Virus record (IMG/VR): IMGVR_UViG_3300037483_001670
Coordinates: 64,001 to 128,000 of that record
DNA from: a virus
Strand: one strand, 5' to 3'
Length of the DNA: 64,000 nt
Part shown: positions 39,448 to 47,907 of the stretch, one piece after another
Position numbering within the stretch: the first letter of the stretch is position 1
Layout: each line of letters opens with the position of its first letter
Position numbers and translations under genes: made by a program
Notes under the pieces: generated by a model
Seen by the model: the letters and a program-made list of their open reading frames with translations, nothing else
Databases searched by the model: none
What the model was told of the DNA's origin: nothing

Positions 39448-39623
39448 TTTTCGTCGTTGCGGCGCGCGCCCAGGCGTACCAGGATCAAAGCGCCGTGGCC
39501 TGGAGACGCCGGAAGGCCGGCCGCGGAAGTTCCGATGAGCTAAGACGCGTCTTCCGGCGCCGAGCTCGGCGGAGCGATTCGCCCTTGTGAATCGCTCCGC
39601 CGCGTGCCACGTCTTGACGCGAC

Positions 39624-39785
39624 ATGCGGTGGAAGCGTCGACGCCGGCTGAAGCTCCAACGTCGCACCCTCGACCGCTTCGAAAGAACGCGTCCCCTTAC
39701 CCGCAAGCTGGTCGCCCTTGGGCTCTTGGATCCGATCGTCGCCGAGCTTCACTACTACGCCGCGGCTCAACGCCATCGCGCCTAG
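39624..39785 (+). CDS. cassette mini-ORF (53 aa, Arg-rich)
   Basis: ATG 13 nt after a motif; TAG just before the next motif. Confidence 0.5.
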   Translation: MRWKRRRRLKLQRRTLDRFERTRPLTRKLVALGLLDPIVAELHYYAAAQRHRA

Positions 39786-40057
39786 GTGGCTTTTTCGACT
39801 TGTAAGCCGGCTCGAGGCGTATCAACCTGGATCGAGGTCGCCAGCTCGGAGCGCGTGCGATGAAGCAGCGAAAGCTGCGGAGACCGCGACGGGTGATGGA
39901 ATCGCCTAGCTGGCGGCCCATTTTCGCCTTTGCGACACGACCTCGAGCGGTTCATCCTCTTGAACCATGCCACGTCGTTCGTGCCCGAAGTGCGGGTGGT
40001 GGGTCGATTCGGTTTCGGCCTTGGCCCGAAGCCTGCTTACCCGGCAGTCTGGCGCTC

Positions 40058-40363
40058 ATGGAGCGCACCATTCTGCACGTCCGCATCGAGCTGGCGATGT
40101 TCAACGCCGCCACACGGCGAGCCGTAGAGCACGCGTCGACCTGCGCGAGCTCCCTCATTCTGGTCGCCGAGCTCGCCAAGGACAGCATCGCCGATCTGTT
40201 CTTCGATGCCGAGCCGGACGAGCTGCGAGCTCGAGCGACACGTCTCCGGAGTGCTGTGCTGCACGCGTCGAATCTTGGGGCCGAGCTCCAGGCCGTTGCG
40301 GGCAGCTTGGAGCAGCTCGCCCTGCTCCGCGAGCTGGCCGAGCCGGAGACGGACGAAGACTAG
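40058..40363 (+). CDS. hypothetical helical protein
   Basis: Protein-like ORF after the last motif copy. Confidence 0.5.
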   Translation: MERTILHVRIELAMFNAATRRAVEHASTCASSLILVAELAKDSIADLFFDAEPDELRARATRLRSAVLHASNLGAELQAVAGSLEQLALLRELAEPETDED

Positions 40364-40729
40364 GCGTTGAGCCGCCGCCGTGCTGCGCGCCCGTCGGCGC
40401 GTCCGAGTTCGTAACAAATAGCTCCGACCACCAGCAGTCCGATACCCACCGCTACGGGTTCGGAAATACCGAAGATGCCGGCTTCAACCGTGCCATCCGG
40501 CCGTGCAGCAACAGCAAACGACGACCGCTGAATGGGTCGCCGGGACCGGCGAACGAGGGACTGCGACATTGTTTCTCCTGTCTGTCGCGGGACCTTTGCG
40601 TGGCTCGGGCGCCAACCCTTGCCACGTCCCGCGTCCCGGCGGCCTTTTTAGCGGCCGTCGAGCTTGTCCAGGATCCATTTAGGGTGAACGCATGTCAAGC
40701 CGATCGCAGCATGGTAAACTGCGCTTCGG

Positions 40730-40984
40730 ATGGCTCCGCGGATGCCTGTCGACGTCAACCAGCTAGCGCACTCAATCGTCGCGAGAGCGACGGGGCAACG
40801 CGAGCGTCTGGCGTCCCTTCCTGGTGGCAAAAAAGTGAAGAACAAGGCTGCGGTCGAACTCGGGCGCCGAGGCGGCCTGAAGGGCGGCAAGGCGCGCGCG
40901 GACAAGCTTTCTGCGAAGCGTCGTCGTGCCATCGCCAAGAAGGCGGCGGCTGCTCGCTGGGCAAAGAAACAAGCTTCGGGCTAG
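40730..40984 (+). CDS. small basic protein typically found beside IS1-like transposases
   Basis: DVNQLAHSIVARATG...AAVELGRRGGLKGGKARA.KLS..RR.AIAKKAAAARW. Confidence 0.75.
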   Translation: MAPRMPVDVNQLAHSIVARATGQRERLASLPGGKKVKNKAAVELGRRGGLKGGKARADKLSAKRRRAIAKKAAAARWAKKQASG

Positions 40985-40997
40985 CCCTCAAATCGAC

Positions 40998-41252
40998 ATG
41001 GTTGTCTGCGAGAACTGCGGTCGAGAAAACCACGATCTCGGAGGCGATCTCACCGGCTGGGCATGCGGTTATTGCGGCCTTGGGCCGCTGCGTAGAATCC
41101 CTGCCGCTCCTGCGCCTCAGCCGCAACAAAACGATCCTGGGAAGGTACTCGTTGGAGGTGCACTCGGAGCGGCCGTTGGTGGCGCGCTCGGTGGACCGCC
41201 GGGCGCACTTGTCGGTGCGTTTTTGGGAGCAATCTTCGGGTCAAGACAATGA
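40998..41252 (+). CDS. Zn-ribbon plus glycine-zipper passenger protein
   Basis: CENC..CGYC then GGALGAAVGGALGGPPGALVGAFLG. Confidence 0.6.
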   Translation: MVVCENCGRENHDLGGDLTGWACGYCGLGPLRRIPAAPAPQPQQNDPGKVLVGGALGAAVGGALGGPPGALVGAFLGAIFGSRQ

Positions 41253-41575
41253 GCGATCTTTGGCTTTGGCTGAAGGATCACCCTCATGGCTGGCAACCAG
41301 TTCTCATCGTGGTCGGCGTCATGGCTAACGGAATTTGGGGCGGAAAGCGCTGGCCGAAGACGGGTCAGTGGATGCATTTGTTTGCGTGCGCTTGCAGTTT
41401 TAGTGGCGCAGCTCGCATTTGGTTGGATGCCGCAAGGAAGATGGACGATCCCTCTTCGTGGGGGCAGGTCCTCGGTGCCCTCGCGATGATCTTGATCACT
41501 GCTGAAAGCGCTTGGAAGGTCATGTCCGATCTTACGACTCGAGATCCAAAGCCTCCGCCCCTTGAGAAGCCGTGA
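41249..41575 (+). CDS. small membrane passenger protein
   Basis: Hydrophobic helices; ATGA overlap. Confidence 0.55.
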   Translation: MSDLWLWLKDHPHGWQPVLIVVGVMANGIWGGKRWPKTGQWMHLFACACSFSGAARIWLDAARKMDDPSSWGQVLGALAMILITAESAWKVMSDLTTRDPKPPPLEKP

Positions 41576-41594
41576 CAATTAATGTCCTAGCCGC

Positions 41595-41625
41595 GCTTGA
41601 GCATGCTTCACCGCTCAAGCATACT
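41595..41625 (+). promoter_or_regulatory. transposase promoter with overlapping inverted repeat
   Basis: TTGAGC-17-CATACT; GCTTGAGC/GCTCAAGC inverted repeat; ATG 7 nt downstream. Confidence 0.6.
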
Positions 41626-41632
41626 GACCAGT

Positions 41633-42485
41633 ATGAACCGACTGGACAGCAAACGACGAAAGCAAGTCGTCGCTGCGCTGGTCGAGGGTTGCAGCATTCG
41701 CGCGACCTGCCGGATGACGGGCGTGGCAAAGGGCACGGTTCTGAGGCTGCTTACAGATCTCGGCACGGTGTGCGCGAACTACCTGGATCAGCGGCTACGC
41801 AATCTCACGTGCAAGAAGATCCAGTGCGACGAAATCTGGAGCTTCTGCTACGCGAAGGACAAGAACGTCCCGGACTCGATGAAGGACAAGCCTGGCGTCG
41901 GTTCGATCTGGACGGTGGACGGCCATCGACGCCGACACGAAGTTGATCGTCGCGTATCACGTGGGTACGCGCGACGCGACGTGTGCGAACCACTTCATGA
42001 AGGACGTTGCGAAGCGGCTGGCGCATCGGGTTCAGCTCACCACCGACGGGCTGCACCTGTACATGTGGGCCGTCGGCCTCGCGTTCGGTGGAGAAATCGA
42101 CTACGCGATGCTGGTCAAGCTCTACGGCCCGTCGCGGGGCGAAGGCACGTACAGCCCGCCAGAGTGCATCGGCACCAAGATTCGGGTGGTTCGTGGCGAA
42201 CCGGACTACGAGCACGTCTCGACGAGCTACGTCGAGCGACAGAACCTCACGATGCGCATGCAGATGCGCAGGTTCACGCGATTGACCAACGCGTTTTCCA
42301 AGAAGGTCGAGAACACGAAGCACGCGCTGGCACTGCATTTTCTCCACTACAACTTCGTTCGGATTCACCAAACGTTGCGGGTGACGCCAGCAATGGCCGC
42401 CGGGCTCACGGACCGGCTCTGGGACGTCGATGACATCGTTCCGCTGCTCGAACAGGCCGAAGCGACGGCCGTCAAGTCAAACTGA
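41633..42485 (+). pseudogene. IS1-family DDE transposase with a +1 frameshift near 41915
   Basis: N-terminal HTH (EGCSIRATCRMTGV), QCDEIWSF, then TGG ACG G TGG ACG shift, then [25 protein letters not shown]. Confidence 0.85.
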
Positions 42486-42663
42486 CCCACTACCGAAGTG
42501 CGGTCGCCTCGAACCAAGCCACATCTGCGATTCGCACTGCCCCGAAGGGGGCTATTGCAACTTCACCGAGATGACCCGGACCGATTGGAGCGACCTGATC
42601 GATCGGACTCGCACGCAGAACCACGACATTGCTTCGCAGCGAGCCAAGAACCTGGGCAAGGCC

Positions 42664-42702
42664 TGAATTTGCGCCCTTTCGGGGCGCGAACTCGCGTCTT
42701 TC
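42664..42702 (+). repeat. degenerate 13th cassette motif with an internal hairpin
   Basis: TGA-ATTTGCGCCC-TTTCGG-N12-CGTCTTTC; GCGCCC/GGGCGC stem. Confidence 0.4.
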
Positions 42703-42783
42703 GGCGTGATGTGACAGGATGGTTCGCAGCCGAGTTGACCTTGGTCGTTCCAAACGCGGGCCACAGCGGCAGCGAACGTCCAC

Positions 42784-42820
42784 CGATAGGCCGCCTTTCG
42801 GGGCGGCCTATCGTGTTTTC
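42784..42820 (+). terminator. intrinsic terminator
   Basis: 12-bp stem CGATAGGCCGCC/GGCGGCCTATCG followed by TGTTTT. Confidence 0.75.
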
Positions 42821-42825
42821 GTTGC

Positions 42826-42838
42826 GTTACGTTTGTAC
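42826..42838 (+). promoter_or_regulatory. dyad box variant
   Basis: GTTACGTTTGTAC upstream of the gene at 42860. Confidence 0.5.
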
Positions 42839-42859
42839 GCGTGACACCGTTGCAATGGA

Positions 42860-43048
42860 ATGCGTGAGCGTCAGAGTCGCTGTCCCCACTGCCGTCGCGT
42901 CCTGTTTTTCAACGATGCAAAGCGGACGATCCGTCACGAGGTTCCCATGTGCCCCGAGTTCGAAAAGCTGATGAACAACGCCGTGGCCTCAGGAACAGCA
43001 GTACCAGAGGGGACGTCGGAGCGGACCTTCGACGACGACAGCAACTAA
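42860..43048 (+). CDS. small Zn-ribbon protein
   Basis: CPHC..CPE; TAATG coupling. Confidence 0.5.
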   Translation: MRERQSRCPHCRRVLFFNDAKRTIRHEVPMCPEFEKLMNNAVASGTAVPEGTSERTFDDDSN

Positions 43049-43596
43049 TGAAAGCAAGTTTCGTCTGTCTCGAATGCGGTAGCGAGCTCGACCTCGACAC
43101 CGACTTCGGATGGGACGGGTCGTCGCAAGACGTCGCCCACTACAACCTCGACATCGTCGTCTGCCGGGGCGAGCTCGTACCCGAAAACGACCCGCGCACC
43201 GCCAACGTCGTCCGCAAGGACATGACTCCCGAGCAGGAAGAGCGCCTCAAGCACATCGTGCAGGGCTCGATCGATAATGCCGCTCGAGAGCACGTCACCA
43301 TCCCGACGGTGCTTTTGGCAAAGGGACCTTTCCCCTGCCCGAACTGCGCCGAAGCGTTCAACACGGCCATCGAGCTCGCCGAGCACCGCAGCCAGCACAT
43401 CGTCGTCGATCATGTCATCGCGGTCTGCAAAGGCTGCCGGCGAGAGCGAACGTTCTACCCGGACGCCCATCTCGTGGGCGCTCCTGCCCTGCTCGACTGG
43501 ATGAAAACGTTGACGCAGTGCGACTGCGGCGCAGAGAAGGCCGACTTGAGGGCTCACATCAAAAACGCCGATGCGCTCGGCCTCCCGAAAGGCTGA
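43048..43596 (+). CDS. Cys-rich hypothetical protein with C2H2-like motif
   Basis: CLECG; CPNC..F....L..H...H; CKGC; CDCG. Confidence 0.6.
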   Translation: MKASFVCLECGSELDLDTDFGWDGSSQDVAHYNLDIVVCRGELVPENDPRTANVVRKDMTPEQEERLKHIVQGSIDNAAREHVTIPTVLLAKGPFPCPNCAEAFNTAIELAEHRSQHIVVDHVIAVCKGCRRERTFYPDAHLVGAPALLDWMKTLTQCDCGAEKADLRAHIKNADALGLPKG

Positions 43597-43599
43597 CGG

Positions 43600-43857
43600 G
43601 TGAACCACAAACGACGCCGACCAAAGAATCGCCAAGAGCACTTCGACGGGTTCTTCAACATCTTGGGCGCGCTCGTACCGTTCGTGAAGCTGGCGGTCGT
43701 CGTGGCGGTCATCTACCTCCTCGCGCATTCTTGCGGGTGCGGCCGGGCTCGTGGCACCATGGGCGCGCCTACGGGCTCAGTGACCACCCCGACCGCGGCC
43801 AGTCCTCCGCGCTGCGCGCAGCGTCGACCTGGCCCGGCCGGGCTGCTCTTCGCGTAA
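43600..43857 (+). CDS. small membrane protein
   Basis: Single hydrophobic helix. Confidence 0.45.
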   Translation: MNHKRRRPKNRQEHFDGFFNILGALVPFVKLAVVVAVIYLLAHSCGCGRARGTMGAPTGSVTTPTAASPPRCAQRRPGPAGLLFA

Positions 43858-43861
43858 AACC

Positions 43862-44185
43862 ATGGCAAAGCGCAAACACGACGGCAGAATCGAAGGCATC
43901 TCTGCCGCGCTCGAAGGTCTGCGCGACGAAGCCATCGCCGAGCTCGACGCCCAGATCCGGTGCGCTCGCGATGCCGCAAAGAAAGCGCTCGAGTTCCACG
44001 CCGCCGGCGACGGCACGCAGGCTCGCGCTTTTCTGAAAAAAGCGCTCGACGCCGAATACGATGCATTCGCGGACTGCGAAGTGCTCGGCCCCATCGCCCA
44101 GGAGCTCTTCCCGGACGAGGACACCGTTGACTGGCCCGACGTCGAAACGCCCCCTGTTGCCGGAGCCAGCAAGTCAACTCCATGA
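43862..44185 (+). CDS. hypothetical protein
   Basis: Helical, protein-like composition. Confidence 0.6.
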   Translation: MAKRKHDGRIEGISAALEGLRDEAIAELDAQIRCARDAAKKALEFHAAGDGTQARAFLKKALDAEYDAFADCEVLGPIAQELFPDEDTVDWPDVETPPVAGASKSTP

Positions 44186-44472
44186 CCGACAAACGCGAAG
44201 AGCGCATGCACCCGAGCATCCAACTTGCCGACGGTCGACCGATGATGGTGATTCGTCCCGCGACCGCGGAGGGAAAGCGCATCGCGCTCCAGACGGCGGC
44301 CGCGGCGATCTTGAGCCAGAAGCCACAGCTGCTCGAGCAGCCGCCCGCTGACGATTACATTTTCGTGGGCTATTTGAGCATGCGAGGCGACATCGTCGAC
44401 AGGCACGGCAAAAAGCTCGGCAGGCCTGAAGCCGGTGATTCTTTCGTGACCGCACGCGACGAGCCCTCCTGA
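44182..44472 (+). CDS. hypothetical protein
   Basis: ATGA overlap. Confidence 0.55.
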   Translation: MTDKREERMHPSIQLADGRPMMVIRPATAEGKRIALQTAAAAILSQKPQLLEQPPADDYIFVGYLSMRGDIVDRHGKKLGRPEAGDSFVTARDEPS

Positions 44473-44474
44473 TC

Positions 44475-44687
44475 ATGGGCACCCTCTTCGCAACCGACGC
44501 CGGACGCGGCTCGATCGCCTTCCATGGCCCCGACTGGCTACGCAACGTGTCGAACAACGCCCGCGTGCGCCTGGCCCGCGGCGAGGCCGTCACCATCGGC
44601 TGCGGCGTCTACCGGGTCTGCCGCATCTGCCACGACGTCGTTCGCGTCAACAAGCCGATCGTCGGCGATCTTCACCTCTGCGCGTGA
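44475..44687 (+). CDS. small Cys-containing hypothetical protein
   Basis: CRIC..HLC. Confidence 0.55.
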   Translation: MGTLFATDAGRGSIAFHGPDWLRNVSNNARVRLARGEAVTIGCGVYRVCRICHDVVRVNKPIVGDLHLCA

Positions 44688-44708
44688 GCGGTTGCGCAAA
44701 CGGCACTC

Positions 44709-45107
44709 TCACTTGCCCGTGCCGCCGCAGTCGTCGCAGTCGTACCACTCATGGTCCTCTTCACCGTTCTTCTCGCACCGACATGCCTGTGGCGCCTCGC
44801 CGCAGAGGTTGCAGAGCTTGCCAGTACCATCACATCGAAAGCAGCTCGCCGGGGCAACTGGAGCGACCGTCGCACGAATCCTACGAGACGGGACACTGAG
44901 ATTCCGAATCAAGCGACCACGCGGGTTGTCGTCCGCGCATTCTTCGCCTGTCATTAGATCGACCCGGCGCTCTTTGCCCTTCGGCAACTTAACCTTGTGC
45001 CAGCCGCGCCAATCGCTCAGCTTTCTGACGTACGTGGCAGGCTCCCAGGGCGCGTATGACACTGCACGCTGCACCTCGACGGCATCGCCTTCTTTGAATT
45101 TCTTCAC
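44709..45107 (-). CDS. hypothetical protein with DnaJ-like CxxCxGxG motifs
   Basis: CFRCDGTG and CDDCGGTG. Confidence 0.6.
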   Translation of the reverse strand: MKKFKEGDAVEVQRAVSYAPWEPATYVRKLSDWRGWHKVKLPKGKERRVDLMTGEECADDNPRGRLIRNLSVPSRRIRATVAPVAPASCFRCDGTGKLCNLCGEAPQACRCEKNGEEDHEWYDCDDCGGTGK

Positions 45108-45149
45108 GTGTGTCGCCTCAGTGGCAGCGTCCTAACCGACGCGCCTGCG

Positions 45150-45599
45150 TCACGCCTGGGCCGCCCCGCGCCGGCCGAGCGCGAACACGTTGCACGGATC
45201 GACGATCGGCAGGTTGTCGCCACGCGGCAACCTGATGCCCTTGGCCATGATGGCGGTCACGAACGGCACCGCGCCGCCCACGAGCGCGAGCCACGAGTCG
45301 AGGATGCGGAACAGCTTCTGTTCGTCGAACGCGCTCCGGTTGAACTTGTTCGCAAACTCGGGCCAGAGCCGCTCGAACTCTGCCTTGGGAAGCCCGCGCA
45401 GGCCGTCGATGCGCATATTGAACTCCTTGCCCTGCGTGAAGAGGCGCACGAAGACCTCGCCGTCGCTCTCGGTCGACACAAAGATGTCCTCCGCCTCGAA
45501 GCCGAGCCGCCGAAGACCTTCGTGTGTCGCCCAGGTCCACTCCACAATACGCGGGTAACCCAAGAGGCCCTGCGGCGGCGTCCGCTTCTTCTTACCCAC
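45150..45599 (-). CDS. hypothetical protein
   Basis: Packed operon. Confidence 0.55.
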   Translation of the reverse strand: MGKKKRTPPQGLLGYPRIVEWTWATHEGLRRLGFEAEDIFVSTESDGEVFVRLFTQGKEFNMRIDGLRGLPKAEFERLWPEFANKFNRSAFDEQKLFRILDSWLALVGGAVPFVTAIMAKGIRLPRGDNLPIVDPCNVFALGRRGAAQA

Positions 45600-45601
45600 G
45601 G

Positions 45602-45919
45602 CTACTCCTCGGGATCCTCTTCGCCCTCTTCGTCGTCTCGGCCTTCCGCATCGTCGACGATTTCGTCGAGAATCTTGTCGACCGCCTCGAGCATCTCGAT
45701 GGCGGCGTCGCCGTGCTCCTGGAGCGTCTCCAAGTCCTCTCCTATCGCCTCGAGCGGTTCGGAGTCGAGCAGCTTGTTCAGGTCGTTGACGAGCGCAGCC
45801 ATGTTTTCCGCGTCCGGGAGCTCCTCGTCCTCGTCGAGATCTTCACCCCGGAGCGTCTCCAGGGTCCCCTGTACCTTCTTGTGCAGGATCTTCACTTTCT
45901 TCAGCAGGCGTTTCTCCAT
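45602..45919 (-). CDS. acidic hypothetical protein
   Basis: GAAGGAG RBS. Confidence 0.6.
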   Translation of the reverse strand: MEKRLLKKVKILHKKVQGTLETLRGEDLDEDEELPDAENMAALVNDLNKLLDSEPLEAIGEDLETLQEHGDAAIEMLEAVDKILDEIVDDAEGRDDEEGEEDPEE

Positions 45920-46544
45920 CGGCTTTCGTCTCCTTCGTCAACACCACCACGCGGGAGTGATCGGCTTCCCACGTCACCACAGCTTTCGCGTACGTCTCGA
46001 CCCACGCGTCAAGGGCGGTCTGGAGCGCCGCCGTCGCGCCGGCCTCGAGCCAGTCGCGCGCATCCTCGTGATGGTCCGAAAGCTCGTTGTCGATCACGTC
46101 CCCCGCGTCGAACTTGCCGAAGCCGCGCGACGTGCACGCCCACACCCACTCGGGCAAATCGTCGCCATCGAAATATTCGCGGAGCTCTTCGAGCGACTCG
46201 AAGTAGCCTTCCTGCGATCCGTTCCCCCCTTCGTCGAAGACCGCTCCGTCGTACTCGGTCTCCGGCACTTTCGTGGCCTTCTCGTAGCGCTCCTGTTCTC
46301 TCTTCGCGTCGCGCTTGCCGTGGCAGGGCTTACACACGGTGTAGTGCCAGCCTTTTTCGAGCGGATCATTGCAATCTTCGCAGCGCCGGTCGCAGCACCG
46401 CACCGCCGCGTCCCGTGCCGCCTCGTACACGCTCGGCCCATTGCCCGCGTAGATCGTCGGCGAGTGGTAGAGGTTGCAAACCGAGCACGCGTAGCCGACA
46501 ACCTTTTCGCCACCTTTTACGACCACTTCGAGCGGTTCCGCCAT
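45843..46544 (-). CDS. Cys-containing hypothetical protein
   Basis: AGGAGG RBS; CSVC, CEDC..CKPC. Confidence 0.65.
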   Translation of the reverse strand: MAEPLEVVVKGGEKVVGYACSVCNLYHSPTIYAGNGPSVYEAARDAAVRCCDRRCEDCNDPLEKGWHYTVCKPCHGKRDAKREQERYEKATKVPETEYDGAVFDEGGNGSQEGYFESLEELREYFDGDDLPEWVWACTSRGFGKFDAGDVIDNELSDHHEDARDWLEAGATAALQTALDAWVETYAKAVVTWEADHSRVVVLTKETKADGETPAEESEDPAQEGTGDPGDAPG

Positions 46545-46672
46545 CCGAGCCTCCTAGCAGCAGACAACGACCAGCGCGACAATCGCGCCGATCGCGAACA
46601 AGACCCAGCCGCCACCGGTGCGTACCACCGGCCGGTGACCGAGCAACGACTCCGACTCGTCCAGGCTCAACA

Positions 46673-47041
46673 TCAACGGCACTTTCCGTCGTGATCCAAG
46701 GGAAGCCGGCATTCTCGCACGGGCAACACCTGGCGGTCATTCTCGAACTCCGCCGACAGCATCTTGCCGCACCGAATGTCCAAAGCTTCCCCTCGCGCCA
46801 GGACAACATGCAGCGGATGGTAGTCGGCCGACAGCCTTCCGCTCGCCACTTGCTCTCGAAACGTACGCACCCAGAGCGCCGCGTCGTCGAACCCGTCAGC
46901 GTAACACTCGCGCCCGAGCAGCACTTGCTGCGCCGCTTCGACACGGAGCGCCCCCTCGACGACATCTAGCACCGCCAGCGCCGTACGCTTATCGAGCGGC
47001 TTCGTCGGCATCCGGCTCGGGCGCGGTAGGGGGTCGGCCAT
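46673..47041 (-). CDS. hypothetical protein
   Basis: First gene of the minus-strand block. Confidence 0.5.
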   Translation of the reverse strand: MADPLPRPSRMPTKPLDKRTALAVLDVVEGALRVEAAQQVLLGRECYADGFDDAALWVRTFREQVASGRLSADYHPLHVVLARGEALDIRCGKMLSAEFENDRQVLPVRECRLPLDHDGKCR

Positions 47042-47062
47042 GGAACTGCTACAATCGCACTA

Positions 47063-47075
47063 GTACGTTCGTAAC
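47063..47075 (+). promoter_or_regulatory. dyad box at a divergence point
   Basis: GTACGTTCGTAAC; TACAAT -10-like hexamer at 47050. Confidence 0.65.
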
Positions 47076-47084
47076 TCAAGGCTC

Positions 47085-47627
47085 TTGACTTCGTTTCTTG
47101 CCGCCAGCAGAGTGGCGCACTCGCCGATGCCGTTCGACCCCGACATCCCGCAAAAGATCACCGGCTACGTCATCGTCGAACCTGGCGGCGACCGGCCCTA
47201 CTTCTCGCACAGCGCGCCGCTCGAGTACCTGCGCTCGAAACCCGACGCCCGCATTTTCGCATTCGCGCTGTGGCTGCCCGACGCGCCGAACAGGGCCGAG
47301 TCCTCCGGAGTCGTGGAGATCGACCTCACGCGAGCGAGCATCTTCGCTGCCATCGCGGCAAAGCACGCCAAAACGTTTTCCGAAGCGGGTCGCCCGAACG
47401 GCACCGGCGGCGACGCGGCCAGGAGCGCCGCGGAGCTCTTGCGCTCCATCTGCATTCGCGCCGAGGGCGCTTGGTCGTTCGCGGAGTCGCTCGCGAAGAC
47501 CGTGGCCAGCGCGTTCGCTGAGGTCGAAGACGAGAAGATCCTGCCCGAGCTCGTGCAGGTAGGCGTCACGGTCGTCCAATGGATGGAAACCATTCGGCGC
47601 CGCCAGCGCGAGCGCCGCGCGCTATGA
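47085..47627 (+). CDS. hypothetical protein
   Basis: Protein-like composition; TTG start uncertain. Confidence 0.55.
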   Translation: MTSFLAASRVAHSPMPFDPDIPQKITGYVIVEPGGDRPYFSHSAPLEYLRSKPDARIFAFALWLPDAPNRAESSGVVEIDLTRASIFAAIAAKHAKTFSEAGRPNGTGGDAARSAAELLRSICIRAEGAWSFAESLAKTVASAFAEVEDEKILPELVQVGVTVVQWMETIRRRQRERRAL

Positions 47628-47907
47628 TTTGGAATGGGGCCTCGGCTGTTGGAACGCGGATGGCAGGGAGGATCTGCGTCTCGTCAGCCGAATCGCCTCG
47701 GACTTGCCCTCGCCCCCCGACATCCAAAGCCCGTTTATCTGCCGTCCATGCTGCTGCGACGGCCCACCGGTTCCCCAGTACCACTCCCTCGGAAGTTGTG
47801 CTCCGGGTCACGTTCGTCCGCTGTCCGGACAGCGGGTTCCACGACGTGAACGGGCTGAGGCGGCGTGGGGCGAGGGCGCGTCCATTCTCGAACCCAAGGA
47901 AAACGCC

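Larger units (their letters stand above)
37387..39955 (+). repeat. 12 copies of a bipartite motif (stop)-TTTTCGCCY-TTGYGR-N12-CGTRYCA heading short ORFs
   Basis: Copies begin near 37387, 37612, 37879, 38113, 38335, 38653, 38903, 39218, 39445, 39575, 39791 and 39920; the 12-nt spacer is invariant. Confidence 0.9.
40730..42494 (+). mobile_element. IS1-family-like element with passenger genes (left end not located)
   Basis: Small basic GGLKGG protein, two passengers, DDE transposase, right end TCAAACTGACCCACTACC (reverse complement begins GGTAGTG, like IS1 ends). Confidence 0.7.

Noticed and set aside
37387-39955. Cassette array as a CRISPR array
   Set aside because: The repeats are degenerate and bipartite, the intervals are 130-320 bp and protein-coding, and no cas genes are present.
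37387-39955. Motif as a classical integron attC site or a sigma54 promoter
   Set aside because: There are no RYYYAAC/GTTRRRY boxes or long imperfect palindrome. The reverse-strand TGGCACG lacks TTGC at the -12 position.
41910-41920. Programmed IS1-type frameshift in the transposase
   Set aside because: No A6C-type slippery run at the junction. A single extra G fits a mutation or sequencing error.
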